This document shows positions 10,714 to 22,900 of a stretch of 34,264 bases of DNA, piece by piece. Below the pieces are notes generated by a model. It was not told the origin of the DNA and ran no database searches. It was given only the letters and a program-made list of their open reading frames with translations. A program made the translations under genes and the position numbers. Source of the DNA: Rhizaria sp. SCN 62-66 (taxonomy: Eukaryota); the NCBI GenBank assembly GCA_001724265.1, contig MEDY01000009.1:248001-282264 (forward strand). The letters are read 5' to 3'. Every line of letters begins with the position of its first letter. Positions within the stretch are counted from its first letter, which is position 1.

Positions 10714-12957
10714 TTACCGGAGCTTGCGGAGGTTGCGGGAGGCGCAAAAGAAGAGGAAGAGGAACCAGCCGGAGTTGATGAGCAGGCCCTGCCAGACCTG
10801 CTGGTCGGCCAGGCCCCAGCCACGCGTCATGACCGCGCGCATGCCCGCCGCGGCCCAGGTCGTGGGGATGCCATAGGAGATCCACGACAGCGGGACGGGG
10901 ACGGCCTCGACGGGCCAGATGACGCCGGAGAGCAGCAGCGAGGGGAAGAAGGTGCCAAGGACCATCTGGTTGGCGGCGTCCTCGGACTCGGCGCCCGCGG
11001 CAATGACGAGGCCAAGCATCATGCCAACCATGCCGAGCAGCATGGCGATGGCCATGAGCAGCACAAGGTTGCCCTCCATGGGCAGCGAGAAGATGAGCAG
11101 CGCGACCGTGAGCAGTGCCGAGAGCTGGATGAACAGCAGCACCATCATGACGATCGACTGCGCGATCATAATCTCGCTGGGGCGCACGCCGGCGGCGTAG
11201 ACGCGGTCCATGTTGCCGCTCTTCTTCTCCACCACGAAGCCGAGCGCGGTGAGGCCAATGGACTGGGAGAAGGCAATGGCGACGATGATGCCCGGCGCGA
11301 TGAAGTCGGTGAACTTGGCAGACTTGGAGCCGTAAACGGCCTCCTTGAGGTAGATGGGCACCGACGTCGCAGCGGCCTCGGGCGCAAACTTGAGCACGGC
11401 GTGCTCAAACGCGCTCGCCACCTCGGTCTGCAGGAACGCAGAGATCTGCTGGTTGGTCAGGTCGAGGGAGATTTCAATAGTAGACTTCTTGATCACGTCG
11501 GGGTCGACGGAACCGTCCTTGTAGCGCTGCAGGAACGCGGTGGAGAAGCCGTCGGGAAGCTCGATAAAGCCCCAGGTGTCGCCGGCGCGCGCACTCTTGT
11601 GCGCCTTGTCGTGCGTCGTGAAGCGCTTGAGGGCGAGGTCGCCGTCCGAGTGGAGGAAATCGAGCATGTACGTCGCAATATCGCCCGACTGCGCGCCCGC
11701 GACAACGCCGAACGACAGGTCCTTGGGCGTGCCACCGATGGCAAGGCAGAAGAGCGTGACCTGCAGCGCCGGCATGATGAACTGGAAGATGAGGAAGGCA
11801 ATGTTGCGCACCATCTTCTTGTACGACTTCCACGCGAGCGCGGCCGTTACCGTCTTGCGCGGGCCCCAGGCGCAGCAGCAGCCCGTGTTGTCGGTGCGGT
11901 CGCGCGGGCCGTCGCTGTTCATGCCCAGCGGCAGGTGCTGGTTGTCGAAGGAGCCGAAGAGCGGCGCCATGTGCGCGGCGGAGTTCGTGTCGGCAGCGGC
12001 GGCGGCGCGCGCAGCGCGGTGCTCGTCGACGATGACGCGCGCCTCGGCCAGCATGCGGTCGTGCGCGATGGGCCCGTCGGCGTCGGCGGGGGCCGGCGCG
12101 TAGCCCTGGTCCGAGAGCAGAGCGTCCGAGTTAAGCGAGCCGGCGTGCGGGCCCACGGCGGGCAGCGGCGACTGCACCAGCAGCAGCTCCTCCTCAGCCT
12201 CGCCCAACGCCTGATCGCGCGAGTTACACAGGTGCAGGAAGGTGTCCTCGAGCGATGTCTGCTTGTACTTGCGGATGAGGAAGTCGGGCGAGCCCTGCTC
12301 GAGCATGCGCCCGTTGCGGATAAATCCCACGACATCGGCCTGACGCGCCTCCTCGATGTAGTGCGTGGTGATGATGATCGTCGTGCCCTGTGCGGCGAGG
12401 CGGCGCAGGTAGACCCAGATCTTGGCGCGCAGCGTGGGGTCGACGCCGACAGTCGGCTCGTCCAGCAGCACCAGCGACGGGTTGTGGATGAGCGTGACGG
12501 CAAGCGAGGCGCGGCGCTGCTGGCCGCCGGAGAAGGTGCCCACAGGCCGGTTGTCGCGGGGAAGCTCGAGGAAGTCGGTGAGGAACTCCTTGCGCTCAAG
12601 GTAGTCGCGCTCGGGCACGTTGTTGAGCTTGGCGTAGAAGTAAAAGAGCTCGTCGAGCGTGAAGGTATCGTGCAGAGCGATGTTCTGCGGCATATAGCCG
12701 ACGTCGGGGCCGGGAACGCCGTGGCCCGCGGAACCGGGGGTCTTGCCCAGCACAAGCAGCGTGCCCGAAGTAACGTCGAGCGCACCCAGAATGCAGTTGA
12801 GGAACGTGGTCTTGCCGCAGCCGGAAGGGCCGAGCAGGCCGTAAATGCAGCCGCGGGGCAGGATCATGCGCATGTCGCGCAGAACGTGCTTCGGGCCGTA
12901 CGAGCGGTTGACATTCTCCGCCCACACGCCAAAATCCTCCGGGTTCACGACGGACAT
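10714..12957 (-). CDS. ABC half transporter, NBD-TMD order, ABCH / Dictyostelium AbcG20-G23-like (747 aa, single coding exon)
   Basis: Walker A GLLGPSGCGKTT, Q-loop VGYMPQ, signature FSGGQQRR, Walker B LLDEPTVGVDP, H-loop IITTHYIEEA. ABC2-type TMD with a large extracellular loop after TM1 and LLLSGVIWPVEAVP. First ATG (MSVVNPEDF) at 12957; ends TAA. Confidence 0.9.
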   Translation of the reverse strand: MSVVNPEDFGVWAENVNRSYGPKHVLRDMRMILPRGCIYGLLGPSGCGKTTFLNCILGALDVTSGTLLVLGKTPGSAGHGVPGPDVGYMPQNIALHDTFTLDELFYFYAKLNNVPERDYLERKEFLTDFLELPRDNRPVGTFSGGQQRRASLAVTLIHNPSLVLLDEPTVGVDPTLRAKIWVYLRRLAAQGTTIIITTHYIEEARQADVVGFIRNGRMLEQGSPDFLIRKYKQTSLEDTFLHLCNSRDQALGEAEEELLLVQSPLPAVGPHAGSLNSDALLSDQGYAPAPADADGPIAHDRMLAEARVIVDEHRAARAAAAADTNSAAHMAPLFGSFDNQHLPLGMNSDGPRDRTDNTGCCCAWGPRKTVTAALAWKSYKKMVRNIAFLIFQFIMPALQVTLFCLAIGGTPKDLSFGVVAGAQSGDIATYMLDFLHSDGDLALKRFTTHDKAHKSARAGDTWGFIELPDGFSTAFLQRYKDGSVDPDVIKKSTIEISLDLTNQQISAFLQTEVASAFEHAVLKFAPEAAATSVPIYLKEAVYGSKSAKFTDFIAPGIIVAIAFSQSIGLTALGFVVEKKSGNMDRVYAAGVRPSEIMIAQSIVMMVLLFIQLSALLTVALLIFSLPMEGNLVLLMAIAMLLGMVGMMLGLVIAAGAESEDAANQMVLGTFFPSLLLSGVIWPVEAVPVPLSWISYGIPTTWAAAGMRAVMTRGWGLADQQVWQGLLINSGWFLFLFFCASRNLRKLR

Positions 12958-13268
12958 GACTGCGCGGATCAGTAGAGAAAGCAAAAAGAAGTCAGCAAGC
13001 AATCAGGGATGTGAGCGGGGATGAACGAGCGAATGCAAGGAGAAGAAACTGGCGAGTCGATCGGCACTTCACTGAAAGGGGATTTTCTGCACAACCGTTG
13101 AGTGGAACATGTGTGCGAAATTAGTATGAGCTACATCAACTCGTCAACTACAGCAGCATCTCCAATCGTCACTATAGTCGGAGGATATTGACAACGAAAT
13201 GTCTTGAAACCCAGTGCGTAAAGACGACGTCGACCCCCCCGGCCAAGTCTGCCCATGCACCAACACGA

Positions 13269-13281
13269 GTTCGCGAAAAAG
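13269..13281 (+). promoter_or_regulatory. GTTCGCGAAAAAG motif in the ABC / GH2 divergent promoter
   Basis: Identical 13-mer also at 33423-33435; CGCGAAA core resembles E2F/SCB-type sites. Confidence 0.45.
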
Positions 13282-13753
13282 TCATTAACGCTGCTTTGCC
13301 ATCTCATCATCTCATTCCAACTCACACGTCGACATCTCGCTCCTCTGTTCGTCAATCTTGAAAATAACTTGTGTTTGTCATATCATCATAGCGCATTAGT
13401 GCGTTATTGTATTTTTACGGCTTAAAGACGCCGCCTGTTCGGTTAAAGTCACAATTGCGGCGATGTTATCTTGTTCGGTTCAGGACAAGCGTCATAACTC
13501 TTCGACACCGGATATGACAGGGTCAATGAAGGTTCAATCATGTATACCACCGACTATTGGTGGGACTACTATGCCAAAAAGCTTCACGCCTGCGCTCATT
13601 TGAAATGTTGTTTATCTTACGCATGTCATACCTGTTTTTTGTCTCACCTCGCCAAGGTCTCACATCTCCTCTGTCCATCTCTCCCTCACGTCCGCTGGAA
13701 CGGTTTCTTTCCTTGCTTAGCGCGCTGGCGTGCGCCCTTACATAGTAAACCCT

Positions 13754-13918
13754 GTACGGTGCTTTTAAAGCATTCTTTTATTCTTTTCACGAGCCTCGAA
13801 AGCTCACTCCTGACTCTCAAAGGCAGCCTTCCCCCTTTGCCCCTCTCACTCGCCCTAGGCCTGAGTTGCGTTGCTGCGCTGTAACACAACAGTAACGACG
13901 CGCCGTCGTTCTGTGCAG
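13754..13918 (+). other. Candidate 5'-UTR intron of the GH2 gene (165 nt)
   Basis: GTACGG donor-like site and ...ttctgtgCAG ending 1 nt before the ATG; size matches the coding introns. Confidence 0.5.
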
Positions 13919-13919
13919 T

Positions 13920-16900
13920 ATGTCCTATGCTGCCTCGCGCTCTCCGCGCGGCGCCGCAGCGTCCGATCAACAACTTCAACATCAGCAGCGGCTCCTTCGC
14001 CAGCAGCAGTTACAACAGCAGCAGCAGCGTCAGCAGCAGCAGCCTCAGCCTCAGCGCCAGCCTCAGCGTCAGCAGCAGCACTACTCCACGTCTGCGTTGG
14101 ATGACAGTGACGGCGGCTCCGGCGGCGTCGTCGTTGTCTCCCCCTTTGACGACGACGATGATGGCGACCGCTACCGCTACGGCGACGGCGACGACGGCGC
14201 TCACGACCCCCGTGGCCACAGTCACCGGGGGCACAGTCGCAACGACAAAGACGACGGCGACGACAGCACGGGCTTCCACGTGCCCGTACCCGCCAACGCC
14301 ATCGGCTACGGCAACGTCGGGGGTCACGACCACGACGACGACGGCTACTTCGACGGCGACGACACGGGCGCCGACGGCGGCAACAGCAGCGCGGGGCTCA
14401 ACGGCCGCGACGACGGATTCTACCACGGCGACGGGCAGCGCAGGCCGCACCCCCGGTCCGCCGCCGCCGCAGGTGCTGTGTCAACGGCGCGCCCGACGGC
14501 GTGGTCGCGCGCCCGCGCGCGCGGAGCTGACGCGCCGACGCTCGTGGACCGGCTCGCCGTGTGCATGTGCTCGATGCAGGGGCTCCTGCTGTGCATGGTG
14601 CTGGGCGCGTGCTTTACTATCGCCTTTGCAGTTATCTCGACGGCGCTGCTGAACCCTTCCTCCGCCGGCAGCGGGTTGATCCACATCACACCGCCCGCGC
14701 AGCCCACGATGCCTGGCGTCCCTGCGAGTCCTTCGCAGCCGCTGCAGCCCGCGACGCCGGCCATCGAGCCAGTCGACGGCACCGTCACACCGGGCACGGA
14801 CGCGACACCCACGCCGGCGACGACGCCAGCGACAGACGCGGGCTCGGTGGGTGGGGTGACGACGCCTCCCGCGACTGGCACTGACTCCGCTCCGGACGCG
14901 GCCACGGCGACGACTGTGCCGGCCCCGGAGACGGTTGCAGCAAGCGAGCTGACTGGCCCCGGCACGCAGGCGCTCTACACCCACCCGCTCCTCGCTGCCA
15001 ACGGCGCAACCACAGGCCACGGCGGCGCTGCTGTGGGCACGCAGTCTCTGGCGAGCGCGTTCGTGCCCTGGACGCTCGCGCCCGCGGGCTCCTACTTCGC
15101 GCCCCTGTCCAGCGCGCTCGCGCGCGCGGTCACGGCAGACTCGATCGACGCCGCCGCCGCGCTCGTCGCTGCCCCCGCCGCCGCCTCGGACAGCACGGCG
15201 GGCTCTGTGGGCGGCGCGCCCGTGTACACGCCCGAGAGCGCGCTGAGCTCCGGACTCTTCTCCCCCTCGGACAGCAACGGACAGTACTTGCACTCGGTGC
15301 CCAAGGCGACGCTGCTCGAGTCGGCCGCCGCTCTGCGCTTCGCCGCCGCCGCCGCGTCGGCCACACTGACGCCCGCTGCGACGCTCGCCTCGTCCGCGGT
15401 GCGCGACGCCGCGTTGTCGCTCGCAGCATCCGTGCCCGCCGCCACCGCCGCCCTGGCCGGGGACGCCGCCTCCGCCGCCGCTGTGGGCAGCCAGTCGCTT
15501 CCCGGCGTTGCGGCCGCGAGCTTCGCGGTGGGCGCGGTCGGCGCGCGCTCCGGTGCCATGGCCCTGATGCAGTCTCTGCTGCCGGCGACTCCCGCGACGC
15601 CGGCCATCGCGCACGTGTCATACATGCCCGCTCTGCCCGCAGCCTTTGCGGCCGACGCTGCGCTCGCCGCCGCGGCCGCCGCCGCCGTGGCCGACTGCGC
15701 CGCAGTGCCGGCCAGCGTGGGCGGCGACCGGCTGCGCGCGCTGCTCGCGCTGCAGGGCGTGACCGCGACGCCCGCGCTCAACCTCGCGTCCCGGCCGCTG
15801 TTCGTGGCCGCCGACGGCGCCGCCAGAGAGGGCGGCGCGCCCGCCCTACCCTCGGTCGCGGGCATGCTCTCGGCGGCCGCGGCGGGCGGCATCGCGTCCG
15901 CGGGCGCCGCCACGGGCTCCGCGCCCGCGGCGGGCAGCTCGCCGCTGCCCACGGTCGGCGAGGACTGGCTGCTCTGGGTCCGCGCGCCGAACGGCTGCGC
16001 GGCACTCTCCCTCACGGCCTCGCAGCGCCGCTGGCTCGCCGCCGCGGGTGCCACGGTGGCGCGCGAGATCCGCGCCGCGCGCGCGCTGGCCCCGGCGTCG
16101 GTCGCCGAGTCCGTCACCGCGGCGGGGCGCAAGTCCCCCGTGGTAGCCGACAGCGGTATCACGCTCTGGGACGGACCCTGGGATGCGCTCGTGTCGGCCA
16201 ACGCGACGGCCACGCGCGCGGCCTTCGAGAGCACGCTCATGACTGCGCTGCTGACGGCCGCGCCGCTGTTCAACGCCACCGTGGCCGACCCCGCGATGGC
16301 GACCGTGGTGTCCTCGGTCATGCGCGCGTTCACGGGCTCGACCGCGTTCTCCGCCGCCTCGACGGACTTGGCCGCGGTCACCGCGATGGCGTGGCAGCTC
16401 GACGCGCCCGAGGCGCTCGCGGTGCCTGTGCTGCCCGCGACCGTGCCGGGTACTGTGGTCTCCACGATCGCCGAGCAGGGCCCCGTCAAGAACCCGCTGT
16501 ACGGCACCAACCTGCAGTGCTACCCGGACATCTCCACCACGGGCCGCGGCGCCTACTCGGGCGTCTGGAGCGTCGCTTTCCCGCTGACCAACCCCGCCAA
16601 CGCCAGCGAGGCCACCGTGATCGTCTCCGCAACGCGCGCTGTCACGCCGCCCCAGCACGCTACTCGCGCCGCTATCCCCGGCGTCGCTTTCGCTGCTACC
16701 GCAACTGCGACCTCTGCGAGTGCGAGCGCGATTGCGTCGTCGAGCACGGGCGCAGACACGGTCGCGGTGGACACCGACGGCTACGCGTGGCGCGTGCTCG
16801 CCTCGCTGCGCGCCGGCAAGCTGCCCCCCGTGCTCTCGCGCGCACTGCTGCTCTCGCCCTCTGCCGCTTCCGCCGCTTCATCGGGCGCGGCGCAATGGGG

Positions 16901-19900
16901 CGCGGGCCGCGTGTGGACCAAGGTCACCGCCGGCACGCACGCCGTCACCGGCGAGATGTACATTCCACCAGTGACGGCTGAGGAGGCGCTCGCGGCCGTC
17001 AAGAACGAAGACTGTGCCGCCGAAAACGGCTGCACTGCGTACTACGTCCCCGCGGCGTTTCCGTTCCCCTCGCTCGCCGCGCAGAAGCTCGCCGAAGCGC
17101 TGGCCACTGCGCGCGCGATTGCAGCCGCGTCGGCCCCTGTGGCGAACAACACGGACACGCCCGCGGCTGCTGCTGCTGCTGCTGCTGCGTCGAACAGTGT
17201 GGGCGAGGGCGTCATCGCCGGCTTCGACTCGCCCGACCTGATCGCGCCGATGCTGGCCGCGCTTGCGACCCCCGGCAGCGGCGGCAGCGCCGCGCTGTCC
17301 GCGGCTATCGCCGCCGCGTCCCACCGCGCCGCCGCGCCGCAGTCCGCGCCCGCTGCACCCGGCGGCGCGCGCGGCGGGCAGCGCGTGTGGTTGCTGCTGC
17401 GCGGCGTGTCGTACCGCGCGCACGCGGCGCTCAACGGCGTCGCGCTGGCACCGCTGCCCGACGCCGACGGCGGCGACGCCGAGGCCGCGGTGGGCATGTT
17501 CCGCCGCGCGTGGTACGACCTCACGCCCGCGGTCGCCGCGACGCAGGGCGCGGCTGCGACGGCCACGGTCGGCAACGCCACCGCCGTGGACGTCGCGATG
17601 ACTGCGCTGGTGCGATACTTGGCGACGCTGACCCGCGAGGAACGCGCGGACCTGATCTCGGTGGCCACGGCCGCCACGACGGGCGCGCACACGGCCAAGC
17701 CTGAGGCGGCGGCGCTGGCGCGGCTGGCTGACCACCTGCGCGTGCGCGGCAGCGGCACCGCGTCGGGCAGCTCGGTGGTCACCTCCAAGTCCGCCCCCGT
17801 ACCCGTGCCCGCAGTCTTCTCCGCCGAGTTCTACTTCCTGCTGCTCTCGCACGCCTGGGCGCACCACGCCGCGGCGCCCACGGCCGCCGGCACCGAAGCC
17901 TCGGCGTCAGCGGGCAAGCCGGGCACGCGCGGCAGCGCCGGGCTGCCGCCGCACGAGGCACTGGCCGCCGCGGCGCGGCTGCTGTCGTCAGTGAGCGCGG
18001 GCACAGCGTTCCCGGCGCGCGCGCTGCCGTCGGCGGCGCTTGCGCAGCAGGCCGGCGCGGCGCTGCTTTCGGGCGCCGTCAACTCGGCGCCGCCGCGGCT
18101 CGTCACGCGCGCGTGGGCGTCGCTGCACCGGCTCTCGGTCGCGATCGAGCCAGTGCCGCACCCCGACACACCGGGCAGCCAGGGCGGCCGCACTAAGTCG
18201 CTCGGCCGCAGCGTTAACTCGCAGTACACGGGCGGCTGGGACTGGATTGAGGGCACGCCGGACCGCAACACGGGCCCCTGGGACGACGTCTCGCTGCGCT
18301 ACACCGGCAACTGCCTGATGCGCGACCCGCATGTGTGGTCCGAGGGCCACGACTCCGCCACCGCGGCCACGGTGCGCGCCGAGGTCGAGCTGCTCAACGC
18401 CTCCCCCGACCCCATCGTCGTGCACGCGCGCTACACCGTGCGCTCCGCCAGCGGCACCAACGCGACGAGCGAGGTCTCGGCGTCGGTGCCCGTGCTGTTG
18501 GCGGCCTACGCGCGCACAAAGGTCGTGTTTCCGCCGCAAGCGCTTGTGAAGCCGCGTCTTTGGTGGCCCCACGGCCACGGTGAGCAACACCTCTACGCCG
18601 CGACGTTCAACTGCGACGACGTCTCTGTCCCCTCTGCCGCGGCTGCAGCTGGCGCTAAGGGCGCGTCCACCGCGGCGACCTCGGCGAGTGCTGCGGCCGC
18701 GGCTGTGGACGGGCTGTATAGCGCGTTCCTCGCCGCCGCCGACGAGACCCTCGCGCGCGAGCTGACGCCCGTGCTCGACCGCTGGTCCGCGTCGCCCGCC
18801 GTGGCGGCCGTGACGAACGCGCCCGTGTACCTGCTGCCCGCGCCCGCGCCGGCGATGATCCGCCTGCGCGCGGGCGCCGTGGGACAGGACCCGCTGTCGA
18901 GCGCTGGCTTCATGGCCTGGGCCAGCGCGCTGCCCGCGCAGGTTGCGCCCACGGTCAGCGAGGCCGGCGCGCTGCTGCAGAGCGCGATGCCATCGCGCTA
19001 CCTCACGCGCATGCCGCAGACCGCCCCCGCGACGTCGTACGCCGCCACATATAGCGAGCTCGCCAAGAACCCCCTGTGGCGCTCGCTGCCGCCCGCGATC
19101 GGCCTGGCCAGCTCGCTGCCGACGCTGGCGTACCAGGCGCTCGGCTACGCGCCCGCCGAGGCCCCGGCCGGCGCGGCGCTGATGCCGCACGCGTTGCGGC
19201 CCGTGTTCGGCCCCGCCGGCGACGCCGTGGTGGCCGCCGCGACGCGGTCCAACATCGACGCCGTGACCGCGCGCGTGGTCGCCGTGTTGCCCGCCAGCGC
19301 GCTGGCCACGCACGCCGTCCGGAACGCCGGCGACGTGCCTGTGCTCACCCTGCGCGTGCGCGCCACCGTGCACGCGCTGCTCGCGCCTATTGGCGGCGGC
19401 AGCGGCAACGGCCCCGCGGGTGCGTCGACGGTCAGTCTGTACGACCTGCTGACCGCGGGCCTCGGACCATGGTCGACGTCGCCGCTCTCGTCGCCACTCG
19501 ACGCGCGTCCTCCCACGGACGCGCCCTCCGCCGCGGCCGCCGTGTCTGCCACCAGCGCCGCGCTGCCGCCGGCCGTGGCCTCCGCCCTGGCCGCCGCCGT
19601 CGCCGCCGCCGTCGCGCCGCTGGGCTACCTGCAGCACGCGTCCGTGGCGACGGTGCTCCCGCTGCTCGAGCACGTCATGCGCGCGCACGCGCTAGAGCAG
19701 CAGAACCAGGTCGTGCGCCCCACGCAGGCGCCGCGCCGGCTGCTCGCTGAGGCACTCCCCGCGCTCCAGCTCCACCGCCAAGGCAGCGCGCGCGGCACGT
19801 TCCTGTCCCACAACGGCGTGCTGGCCACGTCACTCGGCGGCGCCGGCGCGGGCAACCTCGTGCAGGCGCAGCAGCGGCGCGCCGGCCAGTCTGGTGCCGG

Positions 19901-22900
19901 CGACGAAGCGGGGCTTCACGGCTACTACGCTTCCGCGGCGTCCAAGCCCTTTGTTTCGGTCACCGCGAAGCTTGCCGCCGCGCAGTCGGCGCCCTACGGC
20001 GCCGCGCCGTCGCCCGCGTCGGTGCACAAGTGGCCCGCGCGCTACGCCCCGCTTGTGCGCTTTCACGCCGCGAAGCTCTCGGTGCGCGCGCTCGCCGCCG
20101 CCGGGCTGCCCGCCGGGTCCCCGGGCGCCGCGGCTGTGTCGGACAGCCAGACCGTGCGGTTCGGCGTCCGCGACGTGCACGTGGCCAACGCGCGCATGCC
20201 CGCGGCGCAGTCCCCCGCGCCGCTGGTGCTGGTCAACGGCAAGCGCATCTACACGCGCGGTGGCAACTGGATCGCGTCCGACCAGCTCCTGCGCGGCTCC
20301 TCGGACAGGCAACGGTACTTCGACGAAGTGCAGCTGCACCGTGACGGCGGCATCAACATGATCCGCATCTGGGGCGGCGCGACGGCGGAGCGTCCCGAGT
20401 TCTACGAGGCCTGCGACGAGCTGGGCGTGATGGTGTGGCAAGACTTCTGGCAGAGCGGCGACGTCAACGGCCGCTGGGGCGGGCGCTACGAGTGGCCTGA
20501 CGACCACTCGCTCTACATCGCCTCGATCCGCGACACTGTTCGCCTCCTCCGCACACACCCGTCGCTGGTCATTTGGTGTGCCGGCAACGAAATCGACCCG
20601 ATTGACCGGTCACCGCAGCCTTCGATTCGCGCGGCGATGTTCGACGCCATTTGGTCCGTGCGCCGCGACGACTCCTACCTCGTCCTCGACTCGGGCTCTC
20701 CGGCCACCGCGCGCCGCCTCTTCCTCTCCTCGACCTCGGGTGGCAACTCGCTCTTCGCTTTCGCGCCCGCGGACGGGCCTTACGACGTGCAGACCATGAC
20801 GGGCTTCTACGGCGGCTCGATGCAGTTCCGCATGCCGTTCAACCCTGAGCTGGGCTCGTCGGGCACGCCGTCAGCGCTGTCGCTGCGGCAGATGCTCGCC
20901 CCCGCGGACCACGTGCCGCCGCCGCAGGGCGCCAACGCCAACGGCGCGTCGCGCGGCTGGGTCTTCCACAAGTTCATCCAGTACTACGACACGGCCCGCG
21001 TGGACCACGTGTACCAGATGCACACGCCGGCCTCGACGCCGACGACCGCCGCGCTGTCGACTGCCGACGCGCGCGCGGTTTCCCGCGCCGAGCACTTGTT
21101 GTTCCCTAACACGGTTCTCGCGCCGCCGCCGGCCGCGCCGTTGGACGTCGAGTCGGACGGCGAGGGCACGGGCACGGGCGGCGACGCGGGCATGACGATG
21201 GACCGCTACGCGACGTCGGCGCTCATGGTGAACCTGATGCAACACCGCGCCATCATCGAGAACACGCAGGCGCACGCCTTCACGCGCCACTCGGGCGTCG
21301 TGCTGTGGAAGTCGCAGGGGCCCTGGCCGCACCTCCGCGGCGGGCTCTACGACTACTACCTCTCGCAGCAGGGCGCGCTCTACGGCACGCGCCACGCCGG
21401 CGAGCAGCTCCACGTCCAGTTTGACTACGGCTACTCTGCGGGCAACAGCAACGGGCCTGTCGCCACGCTCACCGGCGCGCCCGCCAACGGCGTCGTGCTG
21501 CGTGCCGCCTCCGCAGTCAGCGAGGGCGACGTCAAGCCCTTGCCGGCGCCGACCGCGGCCGAGACCGCGCTGGCGACGGCCGCGGAGGCCGCGCTGGAGG
21601 CCGCGCACGCCGCGGACGCGAAGCGTGCTGCGACGGCGGGCAGCGTGACCGTGCGCTCCCCGCCCCTCGCGAGCGCCGCGGACGGCGCTGGTCGCGCGAA
21701 CGAGCAGCTGGTGTACCCGTTCGCCAACGTGGCCATCACGGCGGCGACCCCGGGACTGAACCCGGGCGGCTCGACCACGCGCAAGCAGGTGCAACTGTCG
21801 CTCTTCACGCTGCGCCACGGCTGGGAGGCCGCGCCCGGGCGCGCGCTGCCCTACTGCGCGCTCTCGCCCAAGACTGCGCCCATCCAGCGCACGCTCACTA
21901 ACGCCGCCGTGCTCGTCGCCGCCACCGCGGGCGCGCCTCTGGCCGGCAACTCCCCGCTGGCCTTCGCGCACACGCCCGCGCGCGGCGCGATCCCCGACGC
22001 GCTGGGCGGCGAGTCGCAGGCCGCACTCGACTTCTGGGCCGGCAAGGGCGCCATCGTCGGCGCCGGCACCGTGTACTCAGCGCCCGCGCCCCCCGTGGTG
22101 GAGAAGTCGCCCTTCGAGGGCATCTTCGCCGAGCTGGGCACTGTGGTGCGCCCCTCTGCAGTTGCCGCTGCGCAGGTCGAGACCATCGACGAGCAGGAGC
22201 GGCTGCGGCGGCTCTGGCGCGGCACGCAAGACGCCGCCGCCGCCGCTGCCGGGCAGACCGGCGTTACACCTGACCCGTCGCAACAGCCTGGCCAGGGCCA
22301 GCAGCAGCTGCAGACCGGCAGCGCTAGCGCCAACTCGCCCGTTTTTCTCCCCGCGCTCGCCAACGCCACCGCGCACGGCAACCCGGCGTTCTCGCCCGCG
22401 GTGACCGTGGACGCGTACACCGCGGCGTGGGCGCTACAGCCGCCCGCGGCCCCGCGCGCGCCGACGGCGGCCGATGGGACCCCGCGCAAGGCCGCGCTGG
22501 CTGAGGTCCCGCTGCGCGCCGCCGCCGTGCCGGTCGGGTGGAGCATGGGCTCTACTGCGGGCTGGACCGAGGCCGCGCGGTCGCCCTGGGAGGTCCCCGC
22601 CGCGCTGCCGGTCGACTCGCCCGCCGTGGCCCCCGGCGCCGCCGCGTTCGCGCACTCGCACGCACCCGGCACTGCGGGCAGCAGCAGTGTGTCGACGGGC
22701 GCGTTCCACCTGTACCTGCCGGACTCTGCGATCGAGGGTCCGCACGCAGGCCCCCGCAGCGACGAACCCGTGGTCGCGGCCAGCGCTCTTACGGTGACCT
22801 ACAACGCTCACCCGCGCACGTGCGCCGTGTGGGCGGACCGCGAGGTATCCTCGGACCCGCGCGAGAGCCCCGTGCGCCAGGCTGTGGCGACACTCGACGT

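Noticed and set aside
12958-13002. ORF-track extensions of ABC (13002), Arp11 (7578, 7916), GlnRS exon 2 (4914-5888) and the PARP start at 28704
   Set aside because: They use non-ATG starts or run through intron or UTR sequence; the spliced models fit the conserved motifs better.
18620-20135. GH2 insertions as inteins or canonical introns
   Set aside because: I saw no Hint or LAGLIDADG motifs or HN-C/S/T junction, and the inserts are GC-rich and stop-free, unlike this genome's introns.
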